Of a stretch of DNA of 64,000 bases, positions 29,918 to 39,978 are shown piece by piece. Numbering within the stretch: the first letter of the stretch is position 1; the number at the start of each line of letters is the position of its first letter. The translations under genes and the position numbers were made by a program. The notes beneath the pieces are model-generated. The model made no database searches and was not told the DNA's origin. It worked only from the letters and a program-made list of their open reading frames with translations. The stretch comes from an uncultured bacterium (GTDB lineage Bacteria; Hydrothermota; UBA3073; NMUJ01; CBEVQO01), in contig CBEVQO010000003.1 in NCBI GenBank assembly GCA_965552055.1, forward strand, positions 96,001 to 160,000, given 5' to 3'.

Positions 29918-32455
29918 GTGGGCAAAAATATCATGTGGAACGAAGCAGAAACAAGAGCTAAACTAATAGATCCAAAATTGCATGAATCTGGTTGGTCAGA
30001 AGATTTAATCCAGCGTGAGTTAAAAATAACTGAAGGTAGAATTATAGATGAATATGGAAATAGAAAAGAAGGAGTAAAACCTGATTATATTCTATTTTTA
30101 GAGAGGTATTTTCCGATAGCTGTTGTAGAAGCAAAGGAAGAAGCAAAACATCATGTGGCAGGAATTCAACAAGCAAAAAGATATGCAGAAATGCTTAATG
30201 TTCCATTCGCGTACTCAACAAATGGACACAAGATCGAGGAATATGATTTCATAACCAAAAAGCAAAGAACTCTTGATAAATTTCCATCTCCGCAAGAATT
30301 ATGGAAAAGATATTCATTATGGAAGTTTAATAAACTCCTACCTTTTAATAAAGATGAAAATCCTCTTTTGTATCCGTATAAAATTGTCCAAAACAAAATT
30401 CCAAGATATTATCAGATTGCTGCAGTAAGGAATATCATAGAGGCCTTTCTTAACGGAAAAAAACGTATTTTATTGACTATGGCAACTGGAACAGGTAAAA
30501 CTTATGTTGCTTTTCAGGTAGCATGGAAACTTTACAACACTAAGAAAATCAGAAGGATTCTATATATTGCAGACAGAATAATGCTGAGGGATCAAGCTTG
30601 TAATAAATTCTTTGAACCATTTGGAGGTGCAAGAGAGGTAATAAAAGAAGGGAAAGCACCTAAAATAAGAGATATTTATTTTGCTACATATCAAACACTA
30701 TATTCGGAGAAAAACGGAAAGAGACTTTATCAAGAATATTCCCCTGATTTCTTTGATATGGTAATTATTGATGAATGCCATAGATCTGGATACGGGAGAT
30801 GGAAAGAGATTCTCGATTATTTTAAAAATGCCATTCATTTTGGTATGACTGCCACACCTAAAAGAGATGATAACATAGATACTTATGCATATTTTGGCAC
30901 ACCTGTTTATGTTTACAGCTTGGGACAAGGTATAGAAGATGGATTCCTGTCTCCTTATAAGATTCATAAAATTTACATGAACATTGATAAGAAAGGAGGT
31001 ATATCCTTAACAGATGTGGCGAGTGAGGGAGGAATTATTGAAGCACCAGAGGAAACAGAAGTTAAAGAATTCTATTCTGTTGGTGAATTTGAGAGGATTA
31101 TAACTCTACCTGATAGAACAGAAGCGATGACTAAGAAGCTTGCTGAAATACTAAAAACTTATGGTCCAACAGAGAAAACAATTGTTTTTTGTGTAACAAA
31201 AGAACATGCTTTAGATGTTGTAAAAATTTTACAAAATGAGTTAGCTTCTGAAATTGCTTCAACTGGCGTAAGGGCCGATGATTTTGTAGTAAGGATTGTT
31301 GATGAGGAACCTAACGCTATAGAGCTTGCTGAGAAAATGGCAGATTCAGAATATCAAATACCTGCCATTGCTGTAACCGTGGATTTATTAAGTACAGGTG
31401 TTGATATGCCTCCTGTAAAAAACATTGTTTTCATGAAACCCATTGCGTCTAAGGTGTTATTTAAGCAGATAATAGGTAGAGGAAGTAGAATAAGCGAGGA
31501 TGCAAACAAATTTTTCTTCCGAATTATAGATTTTGTAGATGCTACTCGTCTTTTAGATCCTTGGGATTTGCCACCTGAAGAATACATACCAGATATTCCA
31601 GAAGGACCTTTCGATTACTTTATAAAAGGAAAAGTTGTAGATAGCGAAGACGGGACACCTATTCCAAATGCAAGGATAACAGCAAAGTTGGGAGTTAATA
31701 TGGTTAAACCAGCGAGAACAAATGAAAATGGAGAGTTCATTATTGATAGTTGTCCTCATTCACCAGTAAAGGTAAAAGTTGAGGCAAAAAACTACAAACT
31801 TAGAGAAGTAAGCGTAGACCCGATCCCTTTCAAGGATAAGATTGCTGTTGTAATTGAATTGAAGAAGAAAAAACCAAAGGAAGGTAAAGTAGTTGTTAAG
31901 GGTATCAATGTTTATATCGAAGAGGAGATATATGTTGAAGTTGAAGGCAAAAAACTCAATAAAGCAAGATATATTGAATATGCTAAAGAAAATGTGAGGA
32001 AGAAAGTTCTTACATTGGATGATTTAAGGAAAGTCTGGATAAATAAAGAAAGCAGGAAGAAATTTTTAGATGATTTAAAAGCAAAGAGCATAAATCCAGA
32101 GTTAATAGCACAATTACTTGATAGACCTGATGCAGATGCTTTTGATATTATAGCTCATGTAGCTTTTGATGCCCCTATCTTAAGTAGAGATGACAGAGCC
32201 CAAGCTTTGTTGAATGAAAAACAGCAATTTATTAACTCTTTCAATGAGACCGCAAAGAAAGTTTTGCTAAATCTCATAGAAAAATACAAGATTGGTGGCA
32301 TTGAGGAAATTTCTCCCGAAGCTCTGGAATCTCCAGACATCCAGAAGATTGGCAAGTTGAAGGAGATCATAAATTCTTTTGGCGGAATAGACAATCTTAT
32401 ACACGCACTTGAGAGTATTTCTCAAGGTCTTTATGAAGCTGGAGGTGTTAGATAA
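29918..32455 (+). CDS. hsdR: Type I restriction subunit HsdR (EcoAI/EcoEI-like)
   Basis: NEAETRAKLID, PDY...VVEAK, PRYYQ, MATGTGKT, DECHR, TATP, QIIGRGSR; start may be ATG 29933. Confidence 0.93.
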   Translation: MGKNIMWNEAETRAKLIDPKLHESGWSEDLIQRELKITEGRIIDEYGNRKEGVKPDYILFLERYFPIAVVEAKEEAKHHVAGIQQAKRYAEMLNVPFAYSTNGHKIEEYDFITKKQRTLDKFPSPQELWKRYSLWKFNKLLPFNKDENPLLYPYKIVQNKIPRYYQIAAVRNIIEAFLNGKKRILLTMATGTGKTYVAFQVAWKLYNTKKIRRILYIADRIMLRDQACNKFFEPFGGAREVIKEGKAPKIRDIYFATYQTLYSEKNGKRLYQEYSPDFFDMVIIDECHRSGYGRWKEILDYFKNAIHFGMTATPKRDDNIDTYAYFGTPVYVYSLGQGIEDGFLSPYKIHKIYMNIDKKGGISLTDVASEGGIIEAPEETEVKEFYSVGEFERIITLPDRTEAMTKKLAEILKTYGPTEKTIVFCVTKEHALDVVKILQNELASEIASTGVRADDFVVRIVDEEPNAIELAEKMADSEYQIPAIAVTVDLLSTGVDMPPVKNIVFMKPIASKVLFKQIIGRGSRISEDANKFFFRIIDFVDATRLLDPWDLPPEEYIPDIPEGPFDYFIKGKVVDSEDGTPIPNARITAKLGVNMVKPARTNENGEFIIDSCPHSPVKVKVEAKNYKLREVSVDPIPFKDKIAVVIELKKKKPKEGKVVVKGINVYIEEEIYVEVEGKKLNKARYIEYAKENVRKKVLTLDDLRKVWINKESRKKFLDDLKAKSINPELIAQLLDRPDADAFDIIAHVAFDAPILSRDDRAQALLNEKQQFINSFNETAKKVLLNLIEKYKIGGIEEISPEALESPDIQKIGKLKEIINSFGGIDNLIHALESISQGLYEAGGVR

Positions 32456-33891
32456 TGGATAGACAAACATTAAGATCAAAGTTCAAGCAGACTTGCGATT
32501 TGTTGAGAAATGAGATCGCATCAGTTAATTACATAATCCAGCTGTCGTGGATGCTTTTCTTGAAACTTTATGACGATTTGGAAGATGAGAGAGAATTGAA
32601 AGCAAAGTTAAAAGGAGAAACGTATCAAAGGAACATACCTTCTCCTTACAGATGGAAAGATTGGGTCCATAAAGACTGGAGAAGTGAAGAACTCATAGAT
32701 TTTATTAACAACGAACTATTTCCTTTCCTCTCCAAATTGGACGGTGAAGGTGAGAGAGAGTTAATTGCGACCATTTTTAGCGGTAAGGAAATCCAGAATT
32801 TCCTGAAAGATGGTTACAAGTTAAGGGAAATTGCATTGTTGCTTGATGAGTTGAAGTTCAGAACAAGAGAAGACATTTATGTTATTTCTGCACTTTATGA
32901 AGAACTTTTACCTGAGATTGGGGAGATGGGTAAATATGCAGGCGAGTATTACACTCCAAGACCCGTCATAAGATTAATGGTTAAAATTGTCAATCCAAAA
33001 CTTGGTGAGATAATTTTGGATCCGTTCTTGGGCTCTGCTGGGTTCTTAATTGAAAGTTATAATCATATTCTAAGGAGCAAAGATGTTTTCACAACAAAGG
33101 AAACCAAAATATTGCATAACATGTTTTACGGACAGGAAAAGAAGGATGTCCCCTATCTTATAGGAATAATGAACCTTCTTTTGCACAATCTTCCAACATC
33201 TCACATTTACAAGGTTGATACTTTTGCTGAGGATGTAAGGAAAATTCAGGAAAAGGATAGGGTTGATGTTATTCTCACTAACCCTCCATTTGGTGGCAAG
33301 TTTGATGAGAGATTTAAAGCTAACTTTCCTGTGAAAAGCTCTGACACGGAGTTAATGGCTTTGCAGTATGTAATGAGAAAAATAAAGCAGGGCGGAAGGG
33401 TCGGAATAGTTGTTCCGGAGGGTGTTTTATCCAACACTACCGGACCTTTTGTAAGGGTTAGAAAAGAACTTCTTGAAAATTATAATGTTCATACAATTAT
33501 TTCTTTACCCAAAGGGGTTTTTACCGCGTCTGGAAAAACTCCTGTCAAAACCAATCTTCTGTTCTTTGATAAAACAAGACCAACAGAGGAAATATGGTAT
33601 TACGAGATTCAACCCCCTAAAGGCATGAAGAATTTTACCAAAACAAGACCGATGAAAGATGAAGACTGGCAGGATTGCTACGAAAAATGGAAAAATAGAG
33701 AAATAAGCGAAAACTCGTGGATTGTAAAGATTGATGAAATTGACAAGGAAACTTATGAATTAACCCCAAGAAATCCTAATAAATTGAAAAAGAAAGAATA
33801 CAGACCCGCAGGAGAGATTTTAGAAGATGTTTTGAAAGAGGAAAGGGAAGTTATGAAATTGTTTGAGGAATTAAAGGGGTTGTTAAGATGA
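32455..33891 (+). CDS. hsdM: Type I methyltransferase HsdM
   Basis: GEYYTPR, DPFLGSAGFL, TNPPFG; TAATG overlap with hsdR. Confidence 0.95.
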   Translation: MDRQTLRSKFKQTCDLLRNEIASVNYIIQLSWMLFLKLYDDLEDERELKAKLKGETYQRNIPSPYRWKDWVHKDWRSEELIDFINNELFPFLSKLDGEGERELIATIFSGKEIQNFLKDGYKLREIALLLDELKFRTREDIYVISALYEELLPEIGEMGKYAGEYYTPRPVIRLMVKIVNPKLGEIILDPFLGSAGFLIESYNHILRSKDVFTTKETKILHNMFYGQEKKDVPYLIGIMNLLLHNLPTSHIYKVDTFAEDVRKIQEKDRVDVILTNPPFGGKFDERFKANFPVKSSDTELMALQYVMRKIKQGGRVGIVVPEGVLSNTTGPFVRVRKELLENYNVHTIISLPKGVFTASGKTPVKTNLLFFDKTRPTEEIWYYEIQPPKGMKNFTKTRPMKDEDWQDCYEKWKNREISENSWIVKIDEIDKETYELTPRNPNKLKKKEYRPAGEILEDVLKEEREVMKLFEELKGLLR

Positions 33892-35207
33892 AAATCCTTG
33901 ATGATTTCAACATGAAATCCAAAAAGCCCTGGGAAGTTGAAGGAATTGAGTGGAGAGAGGTGAGGCTGGGAGAGGCGTGTATTATCAATCCCCAAAGATC
34001 AGAAGTTAAGCATTTGTTAGCTCGAAACATTGAAGTTTCTTTCATACCAATGGAATATGTAAATGATAACAAAGGAAAAATAGTAAAGTTTGATGTTCGC
34101 CCAATTAGGGAAGTGTATAAGGGATATACATATTTTAAAAATGGCGATGTATTGTTTGCCAAAATAACTCCTTGTATGGAGAATGGTAAAAGTGCTGTAG
34201 CATATAACCTGAAAAACGATATTGGTTTTGGTTCTACGGAATTCCATGTTTTAAGACCAAAAGAAAGCATATTGTCTGAGTTTATATTTTATTTTGTTAG
34301 AAGAAAAAAATTCAGAAATTTGGCCAAACTTCATTTTACAGGGACTGTTGGGCATAAAAGAGTTCCAAAAGAATTTCTAATTAATTCAAAAATCCCCATC
34401 CCATTCCGCAACGGCAAGCCAGATTTAGAGACTCAAAAGAAAATCGTTGAATATATTGAGGCAAACTTTTCAAGAATTGACAAAATTCTGGAGAAGAAAA
34501 AGAAAGAACTTGAGCAACTTGATGAACTCTGGGAAAGCGTTTTAGAGCAGGCATTCAAGCCAAAGAAAGGAGAGGAGTGGAAGGAAGTGAGATTGGAAGA
34601 AGTTGCATATATTGAAAGCGGTAACAGACCTAAAGGAGGAGTTAAAAAATACACTGATGGAATTCCTTCAATTGGTGGAGAACATTTAAGTTATGATGGA
34701 GCTTTTTCTTTTGAAAAATTAAAGTACGTTCCAGAGGATTTTTATGAGCAAAGCAACAAAGGCAAAATCAAAAAATATGATATTCTAATCGTCAAAGACG
34801 GTGCAACAACTGGAAAAACAGCTTTTGTAGATGATAATTTCCCATTTAAAAGAGCTATGGTTAATGAACATGTATTTTTATGTAGAATTTCAGAAGAGAG
34901 AATTTATCCAAAATTCGTTTTTAGATTTTTAATGAGTAGAGAAGGGCAAAGTAGAATTTTAAAAACAAAAGGCGGAACAGCGCAAGGAGGAATTAATAAA
35001 CGTTTTTCAAAATTAGTAAAAATTCCTATCCCATTCCGCAACAACCATCCAGACCTTGAAAAGCAAAAAGAAATAGCGGATTACCTTGACAGTGTTTATG
35101 AGAAAATCAAAACACTGAAAGAGAAAATCCATAAGCAGATAAACCTGCTTGAGGAGATGAAAGAAAGTATTTTGGATGAGGTGTTCAATCATGATGAGAC
35201 TAAATGA
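33888..35207 (+). CDS. hsdS: Type I specificity subunit HsdS
   Basis: Two TRDs with repeated W.EVRL.E and KIPIPFRN..PDLE.QK.I; ATGA overlap. Confidence 0.93.
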   Translation: MKILDDFNMKSKKPWEVEGIEWREVRLGEACIINPQRSEVKHLLARNIEVSFIPMEYVNDNKGKIVKFDVRPIREVYKGYTYFKNGDVLFAKITPCMENGKSAVAYNLKNDIGFGSTEFHVLRPKESILSEFIFYFVRRKKFRNLAKLHFTGTVGHKRVPKEFLINSKIPIPFRNGKPDLETQKKIVEYIEANFSRIDKILEKKKKELEQLDELWESVLEQAFKPKKGEEWKEVRLEEVAYIESGNRPKGGVKKYTDGIPSIGGEHLSYDGAFSFEKLKYVPEDFYEQSNKGKIKKYDILIVKDGATTGKTAFVDDNFPFKRAMVNEHVFLCRISEERIYPKFVFRFLMSREGQSRILKTKGGTAQGGINKRFSKLVKIPIPFRNNHPDLEKQKEIADYLDSVYEKIKTLKEKIHKQINLLEEMKESILDEVFNHDETK

Positions 35208-35940
35208 TTTTATTGAGGTAGGGGGCTTAGAGAGGAGAAGTTCTGGAGTTTTGTACATCAATATTTATCCTGTGTTAGATTACCCAAGGAAAATAAAAGT
35301 CTCAAAACTTCCTTATGATGAAAGCTTCTCACCGGGCAAGTGGAGAAAAAGAGTAGGAAATATGGTTTATTATTATGGAAGCGGTATTAAAACTCAACCT
35401 GAAGAAATAGATGTTGATAACTCTTTATTCGGCATGATCTTCAGAAAATATCTTCTTGATATGCTATCCCAAAACATAACAGAGTCATGGGAGTTAAAAG
35501 AACTGAGATCAACCTTAAGGATCGTTAAGGAGATTACCGAAAGTTATGATCATTCAGATAAAATAAAACTGCAATATGAACTTATAATAGGTGTTCATCA
35601 TTGGCAAAACACAAATTTTGGACTTACGGTTGATTTGAAGATAAATATATTTGACCTAAAAACTAACGAACGCATCTCATATCCTGAAATAGGGAATAGA
35701 TATGGAGAGAATGTGAGATATAGTATCTGGAAATCTGTTCAGGCATTTCATAAACATCTCACTCCCGAAGGCAAGAAATACGCGACAGCTATGCGAGATA
35801 AATTTAATCTTATAACAGTTCTTCTAAAAGAGGCTTTTGAGGCTTCAGAGGATGAAAAATCCTTCAACACACCAGATGGAGAAGTTAAGATTACTTTTAA
35901 GCCTCTTGAAATCGTTGAGGTGGCTAATCATGGAATATGA
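35191..35940 (+). CDS. Argonaute partner, probably the N-L1-L2 half of a split long-B pAgo (AfAgo-N-like)
   Basis: 249 aa, GAGGTG SD, overlaps hsdS and the Ago start; LYINIYPV and FGLTVDLKINI resemble pAgo N/L1 strands. Call rests mainly on position and size. Confidence 0.7.
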   Translation: MMRLNDFIEVGGLERRSSGVLYINIYPVLDYPRKIKVSKLPYDESFSPGKWRKRVGNMVYYYGSGIKTQPEEIDVDNSLFGMIFRKYLLDMLSQNITESWELKELRSTLRIVKEITESYDHSDKIKLQYELIIGVHHWQNTNFGLTVDLKINIFDLKTNERISYPEIGNRYGENVRYSIWKSVQAFHKHLTPEGKKYATAMRDKFNLITVLLKEAFEASEDEKSFNTPDGEVKITFKPLEIVEVANHGI

Positions 35941-37216
35941 AACAATTATCAGCAATGTAAATTACTACATAGGTGGAGGCACCCAAGTTCCTATATCGAA
36001 TACTGGTGAGTTAATCAGGAAATTAAGAGAATACGGTCCTTACAAGAAACCTTCACTTCGGCATAACAGGATCGCGTTTGTGTATCTTAATCGAGGAGAT
36101 TGGAGTAGTATAATTGAAAAACTAAAAACGCAAATCGCTGAAAAACTTGATGATGTTTGGCATATTAACAATACAGATTTTTCAGATTTTACTTATAATT
36201 CTTCGGATTTTGATTCCATCGAATCTCAAATTGATAAAGCTATAGATACTGGTGTTGATGGAATTATGCTTATTCTTCCAGGATATATGCCAACAGTTTA
36301 CTACAAACTTAAATCATATCTAATCAATAATGTTCCATCACAATTTATGCGATACGATATACTTTCAAGTCGAAATTTAAGATTTTACGTCGATAACCTA
36401 CTTGTTCAATTTATTTCAAAACTTGGAGGAAAACCATGGATTTTGAATATTGACCCAGAAAGAGGCTCAGACATTATAATAGGAACCGGAGCTACACGAA
36501 TTGATAATGAAAATCTATTTTGTTTCGCCATGGTTTTTAAAAAGGATGGAACTATGTTGTGGAACGAAATTTCACCAATAATCAGAAGAGACCAATATCT
36601 AACGCATTTAAAAGAAATTATTGAAAAAGCTGTTAGAGGTTTTAGAGAGAATAACCCCGATTGGCCTGTTGAGAAACTAACCTTACATGTGAGTGGAAAA
36701 AGACCTAAAATAAGAGACGGTGAAACAAAAGTTTTGGAAGATACAATTGAAGAGCTAAAAGGACAAAGTCTAATATCTCAAGATGCAAAATTTGCTATAC
36801 TTCATTTAAATGAAACACATCCTTATTGGATTATGGGTGATTCCAACAATAGGTATCATCCATATGAAGGAACAAAAGTAAAACTGAACTCTAAAAGGTA
36901 TCTACTTGCACTTTCACAACCACACCAAGAGCGATATGGATTAGAAATGGTGACCCCAATAAAACCATTGAGCGTTGAGATAGTTAGTCATAACTGGACA
37001 TCAGAGGAATTTTATCCCTTTGCTCATGAGGTCTTAGATGAGATATATTACCTGTCAAAGATGAACTGGAGAGGATTTAGAGGTAGAAACCTACCGGTTA
37101 CGGTAAATTATCCAAAATTGGTTGCAAGAATAATAGCAAATGTAAATCGTTATGGTGGTTACCAAATAAATACGGAGGGCAATCGTCCATTACGAACAAC
37201 CCCGTGGTTCCTATGA
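35930..37216 (+). CDS. ago: MID-PIWI prokaryotic Argonaute, AfAgo-like, catalytically inactive
   Basis: 428 aa from ATG 35930 (GAGGTG SD). MID pocket YYKLKSY...PSQF...[15 protein letters not shown] in place of the catalytic Asp strand; LSKMNW...LPVTVNYP; C-terminal PWFL. Confidence 0.95.
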   Translation: MEYETIISNVNYYIGGGTQVPISNTGELIRKLREYGPYKKPSLRHNRIAFVYLNRGDWSSIIEKLKTQIAEKLDDVWHINNTDFSDFTYNSSDFDSIESQIDKAIDTGVDGIMLILPGYMPTVYYKLKSYLINNVPSQFMRYDILSSRNLRFYVDNLLVQFISKLGGKPWILNIDPERGSDIIIGTGATRIDNENLFCFAMVFKKDGTMLWNEISPIIRRDQYLTHLKEIIEKAVRGFRENNPDWPVEKLTLHVSGKRPKIRDGETKVLEDTIEELKGQSLISQDAKFAILHLNETHPYWIMGDSNNRYHPYEGTKVKLNSKRYLLALSQPHQERYGLEMVTPIKPLSVEIVSHNWTSEEFYPFAHEVLDEIYYLSKMNWRGFRGRNLPVTVNYPKLVARIIANVNRYGGYQINTEGNRPLRTTPWFL

Positions 37217-38259
37217 TAAACGCAAAATTATTTATGAATAAGATTAACGAAATAGAAAAACGAATGGACTATGTTATTGAGAATTGGGAATCTGATAAAA
37301 GAATTACTCTTCAAGAAAAAAGGTTTGTTCTTTCTGCATACATTCATGGTTTATATAAAAACAAAAAAGTAAAAGATTTAGCAAAAAACAATCTCCATGG
37401 AATCAAAGAAAGAAGAAGATTAGATTTTGAAACTATTTTAACGGCAATAGCATCAGCATTGATTGTTGATGCGGATTTCTCAGAATATTGGAATAAATTA
37501 AAAGAGAGGATAGATAGAAGTTCTCCTACTGAGAAATCTAACTTAATAATTCAATTTTTGGTCATATTAACCCCAAATACCATCAAAAAAATCAATGATG
37601 TGCAATATATTAAAACACTGCTGAAAAGTCTAAAAAGACAAGATACTGAAAAGAAATTATTTTCCTATTGGATAGAAAAATGTCTATTTTCAGAGAAAGG
37701 GCAAATAACTATAAGCCAAAAAGATATTAAATATTTAAAAGAATATTTACTTTGGGAGCTTGTAAATTCTGAAGATGATGAACATCAAAAGGAAGAGATG
37801 AGAAAAAAATTTATTCCAGAGATGTTGGATTACAAAGTTGATAGTATTGATTGGATTGTCTTTTTAATCTATCAATTTCTTAAGAAAAACAAGATATATA
37901 TTATTACAGAAAGCGAACTGGACAGGAAACTCAAAAAAGGTATTAAATCAAGAATAAACAAAAAAGTTTGGTTTCCAGTTGGGTCATCAATATTATTTTT
38001 AATTTTAAAATTGTGGAAAGAAAACATTATAACTTTGGAGACTTTAGGACAAATTGCTTTATTAATGGTAGGGATTGCCTTACTTGTTTTTGAAGAATAC
38101 TTGCCTACTAAGAACATAAAGAAAAAGAAAATAACATCAGGATTACCAGCTACAGCTTTAATAATAGGAGTGTTACTTTGGAATTTCGAAATCTCATTAA
38201 TGCTTAATTTTATTATATCGATCATAGGAAGTATAATAATATGGTTGTTTACAGAATGA
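37213..38259 (+). CDS. Helical protein with 3-4 C-terminal TM segments; putative Ago-associated membrane effector
   Basis: ATGA overlap with the ago stop; hydrophobic [63 protein letters not shown]. Confidence 0.7.
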   Translation: MINAKLFMNKINEIEKRMDYVIENWESDKRITLQEKRFVLSAYIHGLYKNKKVKDLAKNNLHGIKERRRLDFETILTAIASALIVDADFSEYWNKLKERIDRSSPTEKSNLIIQFLVILTPNTIKKINDVQYIKTLLKSLKRQDTEKKLFSYWIEKCLFSEKGQITISQKDIKYLKEYLLWELVNSEDDEHQKEEMRKKFIPEMLDYKVDSIDWIVFLIYQFLKKNKIYIITESELDRKLKKGIKSRINKKVWFPVGSSILFLILKLWKENIITLETLGQIALLMVGIALLVFEEYLPTKNIKKKKITSGLPATALIIGVLLWNFEISLMLNFIISIIGSIIIWLFTE

Positions 38260-38393
38260 CGCCGCCGAGCCGAACTTTTCACTCGCTGTCGTTCACTACG
38301 GTGCTACCGCACTCGGACAACAAGCGAGTATGCGTTCGCTTCGCGCATCCAGACCTTTACGGCTTCACATGTTCACTAAACTTAGGCGAAATT
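38257..38393. repeat. GC-rich palindromic, attC-like element; right arm of the island boundary
   Basis: Nested stems ACTCGCT/AGCGAGT and ATGCG/CGCAT; ends in CTTAGGCGAAATT (degenerate GTTRRRY). Confidence 0.5.
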
Positions 38394-38414
38394 GCGGGAT
38401 TGCAGAGAAAAACC

Positions 38415-38441
38415 TTGACAGACCAAATTTTTGATTAAACT
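38415..38441 (+). promoter_or_regulatory. Promoter TTGACA-N15-TAAACT, ATG 6 nt downstream
   Basis: Read directly. Confidence 0.65.
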
Positions 38442-38447
38442 GATAAG

Positions 38448-39869
38448 ATGTTTGTTCTGTTTATTCTTCTTTCTTATGCGAAATTTGAAATAAAGGAAAA
38501 ATACCCTCCTGACCTTTATCTCGTTGGATATGGTGTTGCAGAAAATACGGGCTCTGATAAAGATTTAGAACATGCAAAAGCAGGGGCTATGAGAGACCTT
38601 GCGAGTCAAATACAGTGCAGGATAAAAGCAGAATACATAGAAAATATCACAAAAATAAGTAAATCGCAAAAAGAATATATATCTTCTAAATGCAAACTGA
38701 TATCCGAATTGCAACTCGAAGGTGTTAAGTTTGAAATACAGCAAACCAGAAAATTTGTATATGCATGGGCGATATTAAATCGCATAGAGGCAGGCAAAAT
38801 ATATCGCCAAAAGATTGAAAAATTAATAGAAAAAATGAAAGAAAAAATGGAAGAAGCAGATTATTTGATATCTGCAGGTGATAAAACATCGGCATTGAAA
38901 AAATTGTTCGAAATGGGTAAAATTTTTGATAGATTTGAAGAAATGTCGCTAATTTATCTTGTAATATCAGGTAACCCCCCGCCCCCCGCCCCCTTCCCCC
39001 GCTATCAAATATCCACAAAAATCCATGAATTAACTCACAAAGATTTTAAAAATTTTGAAGATGTAATAACATCACTTGCATTTCAAATAATTCAGCAGAC
39101 AGGAAATGCAAAAATTGAAGTTTTCCCTTTTGAATACGAAGATACAGATTTTGGTAGCGAATTTTCTCACTATTTACAACAAAAATTAAAATCAACCATT
39201 GCAAGATTGATAAAAAGTGGCAAAAGAAACATTTATGTATATGGGAATTACTGGGTGATGAGAGGAAAAATGAAAATAATAGCAATTTTATATGATGCGG
39301 ATAAAAAAGAAATTGCAGGAAGTGCAGAAGTAACATTTCCAGAGAATTTTTTGAGAAACATCGGGATAGATTATAAACCCAAGAATTTTGTGCAGGCGAT
39401 GATTGATAAAAAATATTTTGCACCCGAAGAAATTGTTTATGGCGGGTTAAAGGTTGAATTCTGGACAAATAAGGGCACAAAGCACTTGCTTTATAAAAAG
39501 GGGGAGATTATGAAAATTTATGTGAGGGTGAACAAACCCTGCTATCTTCAATTTATTTATCATCTTGCAAATGGCATGCGAACCCTTCTTCTTAACAATT
39601 ATTATATTGATGAAGATAAAGTAAATAAAGTTGTTGAATTGCCTTATGAATTTGAGTGTGTACCGCCTTTTGGTGTGGAAAAGTTGCAAATATTTGCATC
39701 AACAGAACCTTTGCCAGAGCCAGATGTAAAGACAGTGGAAATAGAAGGCGTTAAATATAAAGTTTTGAAAGAAGATTTAAAAGATTTTCTACTTACTCAG
39801 AGGGGTTTCATTTTGAAGAACGAGGAAAAATCAGCAGAAAGGGTGCTAACTATAACTACAATTCCTTAA
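38448..39869 (+). CDS. Exported protein with LPP20-like N-terminus and DUF4384-like C-terminus
   Basis: YLVGYG...AK..AMRDLASQI; YKKGE.MKIYVRVNKPCYL...PPFGVEKLQIFAS. Confidence 0.7.
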   Translation: MFVLFILLSYAKFEIKEKYPPDLYLVGYGVAENTGSDKDLEHAKAGAMRDLASQIQCRIKAEYIENITKISKSQKEYISSKCKLISELQLEGVKFEIQQTRKFVYAWAILNRIEAGKIYRQKIEKLIEKMKEKMEEADYLISAGDKTSALKKLFEMGKIFDRFEEMSLIYLVISGNPPPPAPFPRYQISTKIHELTHKDFKNFEDVITSLAFQIIQQTGNAKIEVFPFEYEDTDFGSEFSHYLQQKLKSTIARLIKSGKRNIYVYGNYWVMRGKMKIIAILYDADKKEIAGSAEVTFPENFLRNIGIDYKPKNFVQAMIDKKYFAPEEIVYGGLKVEFWTNKGTKHLLYKKGEIMKIYVRVNKPCYLQFIYHLANGMRTLLLNNYYIDEDKVNKVVELPYEFECVPPFGVEKLQIFASTEPLPEPDVKTVEIEGVKYKVLKEDLKDFLLTQRGFILKNEEKSAERVLTITTIP

Positions 39870-39978
39870 GAGTTAGGTGCTATCTTTCAATGTTTTCCCC
39901 CAATTCTTTTTCGATTATTTCAAAACCTTTTGGTGAGATTTTTACAGCATGAATTCTATTTCCTATATGTGATACGCA

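Noticed and set aside
35837..35929. N-terminal extension of Ago (459-aa call)
   Set aside because: ATG 35930 has an SD and gives the expected MID-PIWI length
35191..35940. TIR/SIR2-APAZ partner (SPARTA/SPARSA)
   Set aside because: No TIR or SIR2 motifs, too short, and the Ago is AfAgo-type
38973..39000. Phase-variable poly-C tract
   Set aside because: Interrupted runs encode an in-frame proline linker (NPPPPAPFP)
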